Assembly: GCF_004010195.1 (NCBI RefSeq)
Contig: NC_057720.1
Coordinates: forward strand, 6,104,841-6,168,840
From: Chiloscyllium plagiosum
Lineage: Eukaryota
Reading direction: 5' to 3'
DNA: 64,000 nt
Within the stretch, counting starts at the first letter, position 1, and the number at the start of each line of letters is the position of its first letter. Below the pieces are notes generated by a model. It saw only the letters and a program-made list of their open reading frames with translations, was not told the origin of the DNA and did not search any database. The position numbers and the translations under genes are program-made. Of this stretch, positions 1 to 12,904 are shown in pieces.

Positions 1-120
1 CGGAGGCGAAGGCGGCGGAAGAATTGTTCGATGTCACACCGCGTGTTGAACTCATTAATCCGGGAGCGTAGGGGAATGAAGGTGAGGCCTCTGCTGAGGA
101 CTGATCTTTCATCCTCAGGG
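1..120 (-). mobile_element. Penelope-like element, N-terminal ORF fragment (cut by window edge)
   Basis: Minus strand reads PEDERSVLSRGLTFIPLRSRINEFNTRCDIEQFFRRLRL, matching the LSxGLxFxP...FxRxLRL motif upstream of RT in vertebrate PLEs. Confidence 0.75.
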
Positions 121-751
121 TTGTTAAGATGGTGTACAGTGTATTAGCTTTTTTGGTGGAGGGATTGAGTTTTGGAGCTATGAGGTCATGCTGTGGCTGT
201 ACAAAACTCTGGTGCGGTCACACTTGGAGTATTGTGTACAATTCTGGTCACCACATTATAAGAAGGATGTGGAAGCTTTGGAAAAGTTTCAGAGGAGATT
301 TACTAGAATGTTGCCTGGTATGGAGGGAAGGTCTGATGAGGAAAGGCTGTAGTACATGAGGTTGTTTTCATTAAAGAGAAGAAGGTTAAGAGGTGACTTA
401 TTGAGACATATAAGATAATCAGAGGGTTAGATCAGGTGGACAGTGAAAGCCTTTTTCCTCTGATGGTGATGGAAAGCACTAGGGGGCATAGCTTTGAATT
501 GAGGGGTGATAGATATAGGACAGATGTCAGAGGTAGTTTCTTTACTCAGCGAGTAGTAGAGGCTTGGAACACACTGCCTGCAACAGGAGTAGACTCACCA
601 ACTTTAAGGGCATTTAAATGGTCACTGGATAAACATATGGATGACAATGGAATAGTATAGGTTAGCTAGGCTTCAGATGGATTCCACAGGTTGGCACAAC
701 ATCGAGGACCAAAGGGCCTATACTGCGCTATAATGTCCTATGTTCTATGTT
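121..751 (+). mobile_element. CR1 LINE 3' fragment
   Basis: TRGHSFELRG...FFTQRVVEAWNTLP C-terminal CR1 ORF2 motif, then 3' UTR ending in (ATGTTCT)-type tail. Confidence 0.9.
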
Positions 752-769
752 CTACCCTTCCTCACATGG

Positions 770-1220
770 GGAGGCCAAACTTCCACCACAGTACTCCAAG
801 AGTAGTCTCAGTAAAGCCCTGTATAATTGCAGCAAGAAACCCTTGCTCCTGCACTGGAATCCTCTCACTCTGAAGACAGTCATACCATTTGCTACCGTCA
901 CCTCCTGCTGCACCTGCAGGTTTACTTTCAGTGACTGGTGTGCAAGGACACCCAGCTCTTATCCCATCTCCCACTTTCCCAATCTATCGCCATTCAGATC
1001 ATAATCTGCCTTCCTGTTTTTGATGTACAAGTTATTCACATTATACTTGATCTGCCATGAATTTTTCCACTCGTTCAGTTTGTCCAAATCACACCGAACC
1101 ATCTCTACATCCTCCTCACAGCTTACCCTCCCACCCCAGCTTTGTGTCATCTGCAAACTTTGAGATAGTACACTTAGTACCTTAGTTTAAATCATTCGTC
1201 TGTATTGTGAAGAGCGGGGA
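770..1220 (-). mobile_element. Degraded CR1 RT fragment
   Basis: Minus strand shows KFADDTKLG-like and DLDKLNEW..WQIKYNV motifs with frameshifts. Confidence 0.8.
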
Positions 1221-1419
1221 TGCTAAAGCTGATCCCAGAAATACAATCCCTGATATTTCTCATAACTCTAAACTTGCCTATTGCAAAGGTCACCTTGTCT
1301 GATCTCCTGTGTCCACCCTGTAAACCTAAGTTTAAAGAGATATCTGCAGCCATTTCCAAAATCACAGCAAGTCCCATTCACATCGAACTGGGCAAGGTTC
1401 AATTTAAGATCGAATAAAA

Positions 1420-1560
1420 AATCATATGGATGCTGGAAATTTGTAATAAGAAAACATGCTGAAAAGCTCAGCAAGTCAGGCAATATTTGTGATGAAGAAA
1501 GTTAATGTTTCGGCTCGATGATGTTTCTTTTCTGACCAGCTGAGTTTTCCAACTTCTTAA
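1420..1560. repeat. Inverted pair of PLE-terminus units (degraded)
   Basis: gatgctggaaat...gctgaaaagctcagc...gttaatgtttcg followed by gctgagttttcca; same family as 18650-18840 and 20525-20700. Confidence 0.55.
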
Positions 1561-2184
1561 AATATTTTTGTTTCAATTGAACATGTAATCTAAAAAGTGC
1601 CATTTACAACTTTACCGTACAGAAAAGTCAGCCTTGATATATTGTGGAACTTGACTCCAAACATCTGTCTCAGAGTGAAACCAAGGCAAGCTGTTAATAG
1701 CCAAGGCAAGTGCAGACTAAAACTGGAAGACATATTCCTCCTAGGTTTCAGTGTATTACAGAGACTGACTTGTAAGCTAGAATGTCTAAAAGCTCACACA
1801 GGGTAAAATTTATGTTTTTAAAACTGCCTTAATGACAATGATAATAGCCTCTAAACATTACAGCCACTCAGAGCATATCATTATGACAGATACCAATGAA
1901 AATAATGATTACTGTAATAGTCATTACAGGGCAAAGATGCACATTATCACAGTGGATATCAACAGACAAATATTGACGACTTCCCTTAATCAAAGTGCAC
2001 ATTATTATGTGAATAGTCCAATGGGCTTTCATGGTCATTAAGTACAGGGCTGCTACAAAAGAGTCAAAGACCTGTCAGGGTCAAGATTCATGATTTAATG
2101 GGCTTAAACACATTTTTGTAAAATATTGTTTGTCCACTGCCTTAGGAAAGATGGCAGTCAGTTTCAGATACCATTGTGCACTGA

Positions 2185-2485
2185 GAAGAAACCTTCCAAA
2201 CCCATGACCACTTCCATCTTGAAGGATAAGGGCAGCAGATACTTGGGAAGACCACCCCCTGCAAGTTCCCCTCCAAGCCACTCACCATCCTGGATTGGAA
2301 ATCTATTGCTGTTCCTTCACTGTTGCTGGGTTCAAATCTTGGAATTTCCTCCTTAGGGGCATTCTGGGTCAATCTACAGCACATACACTGCAGTGGGTCA
2401 CCACCATCACCTTCACAAGAGGCAATGAGGGATGAACAATCAACGTTGGCCCAACCAGTGACACCCATGAACCGTGAGTGAAAAC
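2185..2485 (+). mobile_element. 3' end of an older CR1/L2-group LINE family (or its derived SINE)
   Basis: ttccaaacccatgaccacttccatct...ggcaatgagggatgaacaat; reverse-complement homologues at 6549-6720 and 30190-30450. Confidence 0.6.
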
Positions 2486-2579
2486 CAAAGTCAAATGGCT
2501 ATCTCTTCCTCAAACTGTAAATTCTGGGAGAGCACTGTTGGAAATCCTCTCAGACAAGTTGCCATGGTTTAGTTATGAA

Positions 2580-2897
2580 GGCACGGTGGCAGTGGGTGGC
2601 ACGGTGGCACTGCTGCCTCACAGCGCCAGAGACCCGGGTTCAATTCCCGCCTCAGGCGACTGACTGTGTGGAGTTTGCACATTCTCCCCATGTCTGCGTG
2701 GGTTTCCTCCGGGTGCTCCGGTTTCCTCCCACAGTCCAAAAATGTGCAGGTCAGGTGAATTGGCCATGCTAAATTGCCCCATAGTGTTAGGTAAGGGGTA
2801 AATGTAGGGGTATGGGTGGGTTACGCTTCGGCGGGTCGGTGTGGACTTGTTGGGCCGAAGGGCCTGTTTCCACACTGTAATGTAATCTAATCTAATC
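2580..2897 (+). mobile_element. HE1-type SINE (tRNA-derived V-SINE)
   Basis: tRNA-like head with B-box GGTTCAATTCC, V-domain TGTGTGGAGTTTGCACATTCTCCCC...GGTTTCCTCCCACAGTCCAAA, CR1-like tail ending (TAATC)n. Confidence 0.92.
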
Positions 2898-3057
2898 TTT
2901 GTTTAAACTGCCCTGTCTCATTAAGGTGGCCCCACAGTTACTCACTGCTCCTTGAAGACACATCTTGCTGTCACTTGGCGATGGAAATTTTCGCAGATTG
3001 CCAATGAGGTGTGAAACTGATGTTAAAGATGGTAGAGCAAGTTTTTGTCTCCAAAGA

Positions 3058-3606
3058 TCATAAGACCATATTACCAAAAGACATAGAAGCAGAAATTAGG
3101 CCATTCAGCCCATCAAGTCTCCTCCCCCAAACAATCATGTCTGCTAGATTTTTCCAACCCCAGTTTTCTGCTTTCTCCCCGTAACCTTTGATCCCCTTGG
3201 CAATCAAGAACAAATCCATTTCTGTTTTAGATATACTCAATGACCTGGCCTCCACAGCCTTCTGTGGCAATGAGTTCCATCGATTCACTACTCTCTGGCT
3301 AAAGAGGTTTCTCCTTACCTCAGTTCTAAAGGGTCTTCCCTTTACTCTAAAGCTGTGCCCTTGGGTACTCATTTCTCCTGCCAATGGAAACATCTTCCCA
3401 ATGTCCACTCTGTCCAGACCGTTCGGTATCCAGTATTTCAATCAGATTCCCCCCTCATCCTTGTAAACTCCATTGAGTATAAACCCAGAGTCCTCAACAT
3501 TTCCTCATATGTTAAGCCTTTAATTCCTGGGATCATTTTCGTAAACCTCCTCTGGACCCACTCCAGCGCCAATACATCCTTCCTGAGGAATGTAGCCCAA
3601 AGTTGT
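3058..3606 (-). mobile_element. CR1 LINE 3' fragment
   Basis: ORF 3058-3441: STQGHSFRVKG...FSQRVVNRWNSLP; upstream ALEWVQRRFT motif. Confidence 0.9.
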
Positions 3607-3619
3607 TAAAGACGGGTAA

Positions 3620-3836
3620 AGCTTTCCTGATGTCACATTCAACATCGCTCCACCATCCAACACCAATAAATAGATTAGTTGCTCCGTGATCTCATTTCCT
3701 TTTACCTGGGTCTCAATGCCTGCAAAAAGCTGTGAAAACAACGGAGACTGTACATTCTTTTATAAAAGAAAAATCGTAATTTATTGCCTGCTAAGTGCTT
3801 TGGGAGATCTAAAGGATGTGAAAGATGCTATTAAAT
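3620..3836 (+). mobile_element. Old Deu-domain-type SINE remnant (3' half)
   Basis: Ends ttattgcctgctaagtgctttgggagatctaaaggatgtgaaagatgctattaaat, resembling the recalled DeuSINE 3' end; heavily diverged. Confidence 0.45.
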
Positions 3837-4424
3837 ATTAAACCAAGAGTGATTTCATCTGTAATCTCTGCTCAGGGTTCGATATCACTTACATCACTGA
3901 TGTAGTTTATATGACTTTCTCTCTTCGCGTTGGACCCATGACAGTATCAAGTTGTTTCTTAAATGGTCTCAATGACTCTCTCTGCTAACTTATTCTAGAA
4001 GTTGTCACCTTGTGTATAAATATGTTCAGATATGAAATGGGATAAGAGATGAGAGATGAGAGATGTCTACAGAGATTTAATAAAAGAACGAGAGTTATAA
4101 AAAGCTTCGATAAGAAACTATCATACCAAATAATTTTGTCCTTAGTGATTAAAAATTGTATGTCCAAATTTAGCAATGTATTGGTCAATTATCTATCACG
4201 TGTCTTAGTTTTAATATCCAGTTAATTCTTATTATGTTTTGGAAAATTAGTATGCACAGCAAGGAAAACTGTGCTTTATTAACAATGAAATGCTGTGTAT
4301 GCCAGAATCTGAACCAAACAAGTGAATGCTGGAGAAACTTAGCAGGTCTGAGCATCTGAAGAGAGAGAAACAGAGTTTATGTTTTGATGAATACTGCATT
4401 CAATTCTGGTCTCCCTGCTGTAGG

Positions 4425-5005
4425 AAAGATATTGTGAGGGGCAACCTTTCCACGTAGAGGGTGATGCATGAGTGGAATGAGCTGCCAGAGGAAGTGGTGG
4501 AGGCTGGTACAATTGCAACATTTAAAAGGCATTTTTTTTTAGATTAGATTAGATTAGATTACTTACAGTGTGGAAACAGGGCCTTCGGGCCAACAAGTCC
4601 ACACCGCCCCGCCGAAGCGCAACCCACCCAATCCCCTACATTTACCCCTTACCTAACACTACGGACAATTTAGCATGGCCAATTCACCTGACCTGCACAT
4701 CTTTGGACTGTGGGAGGAAACCGGAGCACCCGGAGGAAACCCACACAGACACGGGGAGAATGTGCAAACTCCACACAGCCTGAGGCGGAAACTGAACCCG
4801 GGTCTCTGGCGCTGTGAGGCAGCAGTGCTAACCACTGTGCCACCGTGCCACCCAGCATTTGGATGGGTACATGAATAGGAAGGGTTTAGACGGATATGGG
4901 CAAAATGTTGGCAAATGGGACTAGATTAGGCTAAGGTATCTGGTTGGCATGGACAAGTTGGACTGAAGGATCTATTTCTGTGCTTTATGTCTCTATGACT
5001 CTATG
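4425..5005 (+). mobile_element. CR1 3' fragment interrupted by an HE1 SINE
   Basis: tggaatgagctgccagaggaagtggtggaggctggtacaatt...aaaggcattt resumes as gcatttggatgggtac after the SINE; tail ctctatgactctat. Confidence 0.88.
4535..4853 (-). mobile_element. HE1-type SINE nested in CR1
   Basis: Full reverse-complement HE1 with (AGATT)n tail; GCATTT duplicated on both sides. Confidence 0.92.
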
Positions 5006-6548
5006 CCTCTTTTTCAGATCTGAGTGAGGCAGACCTGCAGTTCTAAAATACAGTTCTAGTGGACTTGAAACGTTAACTCTGTTTTTATCTCTCTGCAGAT
5101 CCAGCCAGAGCTGTGCTTTACATTTTGTTGGCAATGTTTCTTTATTCTTTCATGGACGTAGGTATTGTTGGAAAAGTCAGCATTTGAAGACCATCTCTGA
5201 TTTCTTTCAAAGTGAGTTGCTTTCTCGGTGGTCTCTGAGGATCGGTTAAGGGTCAGCTACATTGCTGTAGGTCTGGAGTCACAGACCCAGTAAGACACAC
5301 TGAGTAAGAATGGAAGACATCAATGAAACAGGTGGGTTTTTATGACAACTGAAAATACTTACTTGGTCGTAATTACTGAGATATGCTTTTCAATTCCAGA
5401 CTTTCTTAATTAATCAATTGAATGCATCAGTTGGAATGATCACAGGGTGCGGCATATTGACCTGCCAGCCAGAGATTCCAGGTTCGAGTCCCACTTTCAC
5501 TCTTCATGGCCAGGAAATATGCACACAGAACATGTGTGAGTGGACAATCACTAATCTATACATCCCTATGATTCTCCAATGGCAAGGCAGCAAGAGTCAG
5601 AGTCATCGGCTCAACCAGAACAGTGTGATACCTGAAGCAGAACAGCATCTTCATGCCAAAGGACCCCACACTGAAGCTCTTGCCTTGTTCCATGATAAAC
5701 ATCCTCCTCTCTTGGAGGGACAGCTAGGGAGAATATATTAATCAAATCTCACCAGTCACCATGGGGAAGCTTGAACCTGTACCACTAGAGCATTAGATCA
5801 GATGTAAGTGACCAGTCCTGTGACATTACCACTACCCAACCACCAACTCCCTCATCACAACAGTGGATCTCTTAAAATTGTCAAAAGAGGAAAAGGAAAA
5901 CATTCGGACTAGGCTTGAAGGCTGAATGTCCTACTCCTGCTCCTAATTTCCGTGCAGCGGTGCAAAGCCCAAAGTTATGTACTTGACCAAAAATTTGGAG
6001 GCAACAGGAGAGAAGGCACTTTCACTGTAGCACATGGTTAGTATTTGGAATGCACTGCCTGATATGCATCTGCATCCCCATCCAGAGGTAGTTTTCAACA
6101 GAGATAAATTGGAAAAACACTGGGGAGCTGGAGCAACAGAGCAGGTGAGTGGGATGAACTGTATTGATCTTTCTACAAACTGATGCTAGGTCCCTGGGCC
6201 AACTCATGTTCTTCTGTTCTGTACAGCTGACAAATGATTCTCTGTGGATCACCAGTTTGATCCACAGCTGGAATCTTACACCCTAAAGGAGTGAGGAATG
6301 GTACTAACATCTCAGTGTTCCAATAGCTGAAGGAGTAGGAATGTTGACTGGGGTGCCCAATCATAATGGCTGTGCAGAGGATCCTATTGGGAACACTTCA
6401 TCTCACAAAAGGTAATGGAAATTTCAGACATTATCCTTCCACTGCCTTCCACCTCCCTCCTGACCAAAACATGCTAACATGTTTATTTTTATCCACTCGA
6501 TGGATGTGGGCATCAATGGCTAGCCAACTGCTGTATGTAGACCCATAA

Positions 6549-7076
6549 TGCCCTTAGAGAGGGAATGCCAGGATTTTGACCCAGTGACAGGGAAGGAACG
6601 GCAATATATTTCAAAATCAGGATGGTAAGTGGTTTGGAGGGGGACTTGCAGGTGGTGGTGTTCCCATGTATCTGCTGCCCTTGTCCTTCTAGATGGAAGT
6701 GGTCATACGTTTGGAAGATGTTGTCTCAGGATCTTTGGTGAATTTCTGCAGTGCATCTTGTAGATGGTAAACACTGCCGCTCCTGAGCGTCAGTGGTGGA
6801 AGGAGTGGATGCTTATGGATATGGTGTCAATTAAGTGGGCTGCTTTGTCCTGGAAGATGTGGAACTTCTTGTTTGTTGTTGTGGCTGCACCCATCCAGGC
6901 AAATGGAAAGCATTCCACCACACTCCTGATTTGTGCTTTGTAGATGGAGGACAGGCTGTGGGGAGTTAGGAGATAAGTTACTTGCTGACTTGTTCTTGTA
7001 GGCACTGTGTTTATGTGGTGAGTCCTCTTGAGTTTCTGGTCAATGGATACCCTCAGGATATTGATAGTAGGGGATT
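6549..7076 (-). mobile_element. Older CR1/L2-group LINE, 3' part (continues at 9863-10085)
   Basis: ORF 6790-7005: LSSIYKAQIRSVVECFPFAW...QDKAAHLI, a post-RT LINE motif; sequence resumes after the CR1 insert at GATT. Confidence 0.75.
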
Positions 7077-9862
7077 ATGTAGTATGATGTTATTGCAATC
7101 ACAGAGACTTGGTTGAAGGAAGTGCACGATGATTGGCAACTAAATGTTCCAGGATATAGACGCTTCAGATAGGACAGGGAGGGAAGTAAAAGGGGGGATG
7201 GAGTTGCATTGCTGGTCAAGGACGATAAAGGAGCACAATGTGGAGGTCTTGGGTAGTGAGGCATTATGGGTGGAGCTGAGAAATAAGAAGGGTGCAGATA
7301 CATTGTTGGGGCTGTATTACAGACCTCCCAACAGTGAGCGTGAGGTAGAAGAACAAATAAGTAAACAGATTATGGAAAGATGAAGAGACAATAGGGTAGG
7401 GGTGATGGGAGATTTTAATTTTCCCAACATTGACTGGGATACACTTAGCATCAGAGGTCTGGGTGGGGTAGAATTTGTAAGAAGCGTCCAGGAGAGTTTT
7501 CAAGAGCAGTATGTCAATAGTCCGATGAGAAAAGGGGCCATATTGGACCTGGTACTGGGGAACAAGCCAGGACACGTGGTAGAAGTTGTGGTGGGGGATT
7601 TCTTTGGGAACAGTGACCACAATTCTGTAAGTTTTAGAATACTCGTAGATAAAGAAGAGAGTGGTCCTAAGGGAAGAGTACTAAACTGCGCCAAGGCCGA
7701 TTATATCAAAATTAGGCAGGAGCTGGGAAATGTGGATTGGACACAGCTATTTGAAGCACAGTCTACATTTGAGATGTGGGAGGCTTTCAAAGATAGTGCA
7801 GGTTAAACATGTTCCGTTGAAGGCAAAGGATAGGAAGGGCAAGATTCGTGAACCGCGGATGACAGGAGACATTGTACGATTAACCAAGAGGAAAAGGGAA
7901 GCGTACATAAGGTCTAGGCAGCTAAGAACAGAACGGGCCCTGGAGATATATCGGAAGAGTAGGACCAGTCTTAAGCGAGGAATCAAGTGGGCTAAAAGGG
8001 GTCATGAAATAACTTTAGCAAGCAGAATTAAGAAGAATCCCAAAGCATTTTATCCTTATATAAGAAGCAAGCGGGTAACTAGAGAAAGGATTGGTCCACT
8101 AAAGGATAATGAGGGAAGGCTGTGTGTCGAACTTGAGAGAATGGGTGAGATTCTGAATGATTACTTTGCATCAGTGTTCACTGAGGAGAGGAACATGATG
8201 AATGTTGAGATTAGAGATAGAAGTTTGATTAGTCTGGATCACGTTGACATAAGTAGGGAAGATGTGTGGGTATGCTAGAGGTTATTAAGGTGGACAAATC
8301 CCCAGGACCGGATGGGATCTATCCCAGGTTTCTGACGGAGGTGAGAGAGGAAATAACTGGGGCCCTGACAGAAATCTTTGTGGCATCCTTAAATACAGGT
8401 GAGATGCCAGAGGACTGGAAGGTTGCTCATGTTGTCCCCCTGTACAAGAAGGGTAGCAGGGATATTCCGGGTAACTACAGACCAGTGAGCCTGACGTCAG
8501 TGGTGGGAAAGTTGCTGGAAAAGGTACTGAGGGATAGGATCTATTTATGTTTAGAAAAGAATGGGCTTATCAGTGATAGGCAACATGGTTTTGTGCGGGG
8601 GAGATCGTGCCTTACCAACTTAATAAAGTTTTTCGAGGAAGTGACCAGGTTGATAGATGAAGGAAAGGCTGTTGATGTCAAATACATGGACTTTAGTAAG
8701 GCGTTTGATAAGGTTCTCCATTGTAGACTAATGCAGAAAGTGAAATCACATGGTGTGCAGGCTGTACTAGCTAGGTGGATAAAGAACTGGTTGAACAACA
8801 GGAGACAGAGAGTAGTAGTTGAAGGGAGTTTCTCGAAATGGAGAAAGGTGACTAGTGGTGTTCCACAGGGGTCAGTGTTGGGGTCACTGTTGTTTGTAAT
8901 ATACATAAATGATCTGGAAGAGGACACTGTTGGTATGATCAGCAAGTTTGCAGATGACACAAAGATTGGTGGAGTAGCAAAAAAACCATAAGGGACTATC
9001 AGAGAATACAGGAGGGTATAGATAGACTGGAGAGTAGGGCGGAAAGGTGGCAGATGGCTTTTAATCCAGACAAATGTGAAGTGATGCATTTAGGCAAGTC
9101 TAATTCTAGAGTGAATTATACAATGAACGGAAGAGCCTTGGGAAATGTTGATGGGCAGCGAGATCTGGGAGTGCGGGTCCATTGTACCATTAAGGTTGCT
9201 GCACAGGTGGATAGAGGGGTCAAGAAGGCATATAGTATGCTTGCCTTCATTGGATGGGGTATTGAGTATAAGAGCTGGCAGGTCATGTTAAAATTGTACA
9301 AGACAATTTAGAATACTGTATATAGTTCTGGGCGCCACATTACCAAAAGGATGTGAACGCTTTGGAGAGGGTGCAGAGAAGGTTTACGAGGATGTTGCCT
9401 GGTATGGAAGGTGCTAGCTATGAAGAGAGGTTGAGTAGGTTAGGATTGTTTTCATTAGAAAAAAGGAGATTATGGGGGAACCTGATTGAGGTTTACAAAA
9501 TCATGAAGGGTATAGACAGGATGGATAGAGACAAGCTTTTTCCCAGGGTGAAGGATTCAATAACCAGAGGTCACGCTTTCAAGGTGAGAGGTGGAAAGTT
9601 TAAGGGGGATACACGCGGCAAGTACTTCACACAGAGGGTGGTGGGTGTTTGGAACGCGTTGCCAGCAGAGGTGGTAGGGGCAGGCACAGTAGATTCATTT
9701 AAGATGCATCTGGACAGATGCATGAGTAAGTGGGGAGCAGAGGGATACAGATGCTTAGGAATTGACCAATAGGTTTAGACAGTAGATTTGGATCGGCTCA
9801 GGCTTGGAGGGCCGAAGGGTCTGTTCCTGGGCTGTAAAGTTTCATTGTTCTCTTTGTTCTTT
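7077..9862 (+). mobile_element. CR1 LINE, near-complete but frameshifted ORF2 (APE endonuclease + RT) and 3' UTR
   Basis: APE motifs (ITETW, YYRPPN, MGDFNFPNIDW, LDLVL, SDHN) and RT motifs (KSPGPDGI, NYRPVSLTS, QHGF, YMDFSKAFDKV, GVPQGSVLG, KFADDTK) across several frames; tail (TTCTTTG)-like. Confidence 0.95.
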
Positions 9863-10085
9863 GATTCAGTGAATGTCAAAGCATAGTGGTTAGGTTGTCT
9901 CTTATTGGAGATGGTCATAGCCTGGCATTTGTACTGCACGAATGTTACTTATCAGCCCAAGCCTGGATATTGTCCAGATCTTGTTGCATTTGAATGTGGA
10001 CTGCTTCAGTATCTGAGGAGTTGCAAATGGTACTGAATATTGTGCAATCATTGGCAAACATCCACACATCTGACCTTATCTTATC
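9863..10085 (-). mobile_element. Older LINE, continuation of 6549-7076
   Basis: Junction gatt is repeated; sequence continues the LINE body (gcccaagcctggatattgtccagatcttgttgcat). Confidence 0.65.
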
Positions 10086-10375
10086 AGTCAAGAGCATTAA
10101 GGGTTATAGATCCAAACTGTTTAGATAAAGTTATAGTCCATATTAGCCATGGTCCAACTGAATGGCGGTACAGGTTTAAGGGGTACAATTGCCTATTCTT
10201 TCTCTATATTCTTGAGGCTTCATGTGTCATGTAAATGCGGGTTCCGCTGCATTAATAGTACAATCAGCTTACCCATTAGGGTTGGTCAAGTGCATTGGTG
10301 CCCGGCCTTCAAAAGCCAGTGAGGAAAGCGACTGTCAATGATAAGAGTACAGATGGGTCATAATCATCAAATAGG

Positions 10376-11080
10376 TGTTGTGAAGATGTGGGTGTACTGT
10401 ACCTTTAAGAGAGTAAAAGCAAGCAGTGACAGCACCAAGTTTTCTCAATAAGACACAATGTAACATGTGCTCCAGCTACTGGAGTAGCTGGTTGCCTGGA
10501 AATGACAAAACAGATTTGAATTAGGCCAATCAGTTTAAATTATACCTTAAAAAAATACCAAATTCCAATCAAGTTTAAATTGAGTATATTAACAATCTTA
10601 AAAGCCAATGACACAATCCGATGCTTTTGGGTATAAGAGCAAGGAAAATTGAACAGTTGGGAGGAGAACTGCTACCAGACCTATAGCTGTAGACTGCTAT
10701 TCAGAACTCTCTGAGAGGTAGGGGGAGAGAGAGAAAGAGAGAGAAGGAGTTTGCACAGAGAAAAATCTCTGGAGAGCAAATCTACTGACGAAGATAAAGA
10801 GAAGATTCGACCACTGGCTGGTTTTAACATTTGAATTTTCCTGTGAACCTTAATTGGGAGTTTTATTGGACTCGTATTATAGAAGGGAAGGTAAAGATAA
10901 GTTAGAGAAAGGAGGTGTAAATAGTTGTGAGTTAATTATTCTCTGTTATACCTTAAGAAATAAAGTTGTTAATTTTTACTTCAAATACTTCTTAGCCTCT
11001 TGAATTTTCACAGATTACTGCATGAGTTAAATCTTTTCTGTCTTGCTGGTTTAAATTAAGCAGAAGAGTTTATCGTAACA
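10376..11080 (+). repeat. 5' LTR
   Basis: TGTTGTGAAGATGT...TCGTAACA; colinear with 17087-18080; TATAA near 10633 and AATAAA near 10959. Confidence 0.88.
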
Positions 11081-11260
11081 GTTTGGTGTTCGGGTCCTTG
11101 ATCTGAACTGGTTTAGGCAGATGTGAATAGATTTGGGAATACGAAAAATCCCTGGTTTAAATACTTGCAGGTTAGTGTCCTAGATCCTTAAATAAAACTT
11201 AGGTGAGACAATTTGTTTAAATTCGGTGACTTGTGGTTGATTAAGTTAAATGTGAGAGAA

Positions 11261-12430
11261 ATGGCTCTTAAAATTGCTGAAGAGGTCCTGGGATTTGAAG
11301 ACGATTCTCACATTTACAAAGAAAATTTAAAAGGAAAGAAAAGGGCCATATTTTTAGAATTAGCAAATAAGATAGAGTTGGGTTTAACCAAGGACAAAAA
11401 TAAAGCTAAAATTTAAGGGGGTTACTCAAACCCTTAGATGAGTCAGAGAAACAGACAAGTGCAGTAGAGGTAGAAAAACATAAATTACAATTGAGGAAAA
11501 TGGAGTTAGAAGATAAACAAAAAGAGAGAGGGAGAGAGGAAAAAGAAGAGAGAGAGAAGATAGGGAGAGAGAGAGAAAGAGAGAGAAAAGAGAGAGACAG
11601 AGGAAAAGGAGAGGGAGAAGGTTCTTTGCTGAGCAAAATGAGAGAGAATTTGAACTTGAGAAGTTATGACTTAGTCAGCACAGTCAAGTTAACAGGATGG
11701 AGATTAAAAGAGAAGGTGGTGATATATATAAATATGTCAAAACTCTGCCACATTTTGATGAGAAAGGTGTTGAAGCATTCTTTATTTCATTTGAAAAATT
11801 GGCTAGGCAGACGGAGTGGTCTGAGGACTTATGAAAAATGCTAGTTCAGACTAAACTGGTAGTCAGAGCTAGTGAGATTTTAGCTGCATTGTCCGATGAG
11901 GGGCCAAGAGATTATGAAGAGGTTAAACAGGCTATTTTAAGTGCTAATGAACTGGTACAATAAACATATAGACAGTGGTTCAGAAACACGAAGAAGGAAC
12001 CAGGTCAGACTGATGTTAAGTTTGAAGGAATTAACCATAGTCATTTTGATCGATGGGTGCATGCTTTGAAAATAGACAGGACATTTGAGGCTCTAAGAGA
12101 GATTATTCTGCTGGAGAAGTTTAAAAACTCACTTCCAGAAATGGTAAGAATTCACGTGGAGGAACAGAAAGTTCAGGAAGTGAGAAGGACAGCAGAACTA
12201 GCAGATGAATACATGCTGTTGTGTAAGACAAGCTTCCGGCCAGAATTTCATTCTGTGAGGGATAAAAGTTGGGAGAAAGGGAGATCCTGCACTGCCAAAC
12301 CAAGAGTAGAGAACACTGGTAAGAATTTACCACAGGATAAAAAAGAAGCCCAAGTGGGTGGACAGGAGGTGAAAGGCCTCAGGTGTTTACACTGAGGTAA
12401 AGTGGGACACATAAAAACACAGTGCTGGTT
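11261..12430 (+). pseudogene. Disrupted gag with SCAN-like capsid C-domain and CCHC zinc knuckle
   Basis: LPHFDEK..EAFFISFEK, then FDRWVHAL...LREIILLEKFKNSLPEMVRIHVEE...TAELADEY, then RCLH*GKVGHIKTQC (second Cys mutated to stop at 12393-12395). Confidence 0.8.
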
Positions 12431-12599
12431 GTTAAAGAAAGGCATTGTGGGTAAAGGTGTGGTAAAAGAAGCTAAGCCAGTGACCTTAGTGAAGGTAGTA
12501 AAGGAGACCCCAAGAAGAGCTGAGGAGCTGCAGGAGAGTGCCCAGCCTAGGCCGGGGCTGGGTATGGAGTTAGTACCTGATCTCTACAAAGAATTCACC

Positions 12600-12900
12600 T
12601 CTGTGGGTAAAATTTACCCAGAAAGAACAGGGGGAGAAGGACAAAAAGTTATAATTTTGAGAGATACAGGATCTGACCAATCACTGAGAGTAAGGGATGA
12701 GCGAATGTGCATTCTTTCTGATCTATTACCTGAGAGTGTGGTAATTTGTGGAATAGATGGACAGAAATTTAGGGTCCCCCTATGTAAGATCAGGTTTGAG
12801 TGGCAACTTAAGACTGGGAAGTTACAGTGGGAGTGATTGACAAAGTGTTAGTTCCAGGAATTCAGTTTTCTTGGGAATGATTTGGCAGGATCCAAACTGA
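12600..12900 (+). pseudogene. Aspartic protease remnant
   Basis: VIILRDTGSDQS active-site motif; downstream frameshifted LGNDL motif. Confidence 0.85.
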
Positions 12901-12904
12901 GGTT

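Noticed and set aside
2580..2660. tRNA gene (also at other HE1 heads)
   Set aside because: A/B boxes belong to SINE heads that continue into V-domain and LINE-like tail; no complete cloverleaf.
8266..8991. Active reverse transcriptase or prokaryotic retron-like system
   Set aside because: Part of a frameshifted CR1 ORF2 with multiple stops; the same applies to 53146-53862.
11491..11844. Charged ER-rich protein
   Set aside because: GA-rich low-complexity stretch within the decayed gag region.
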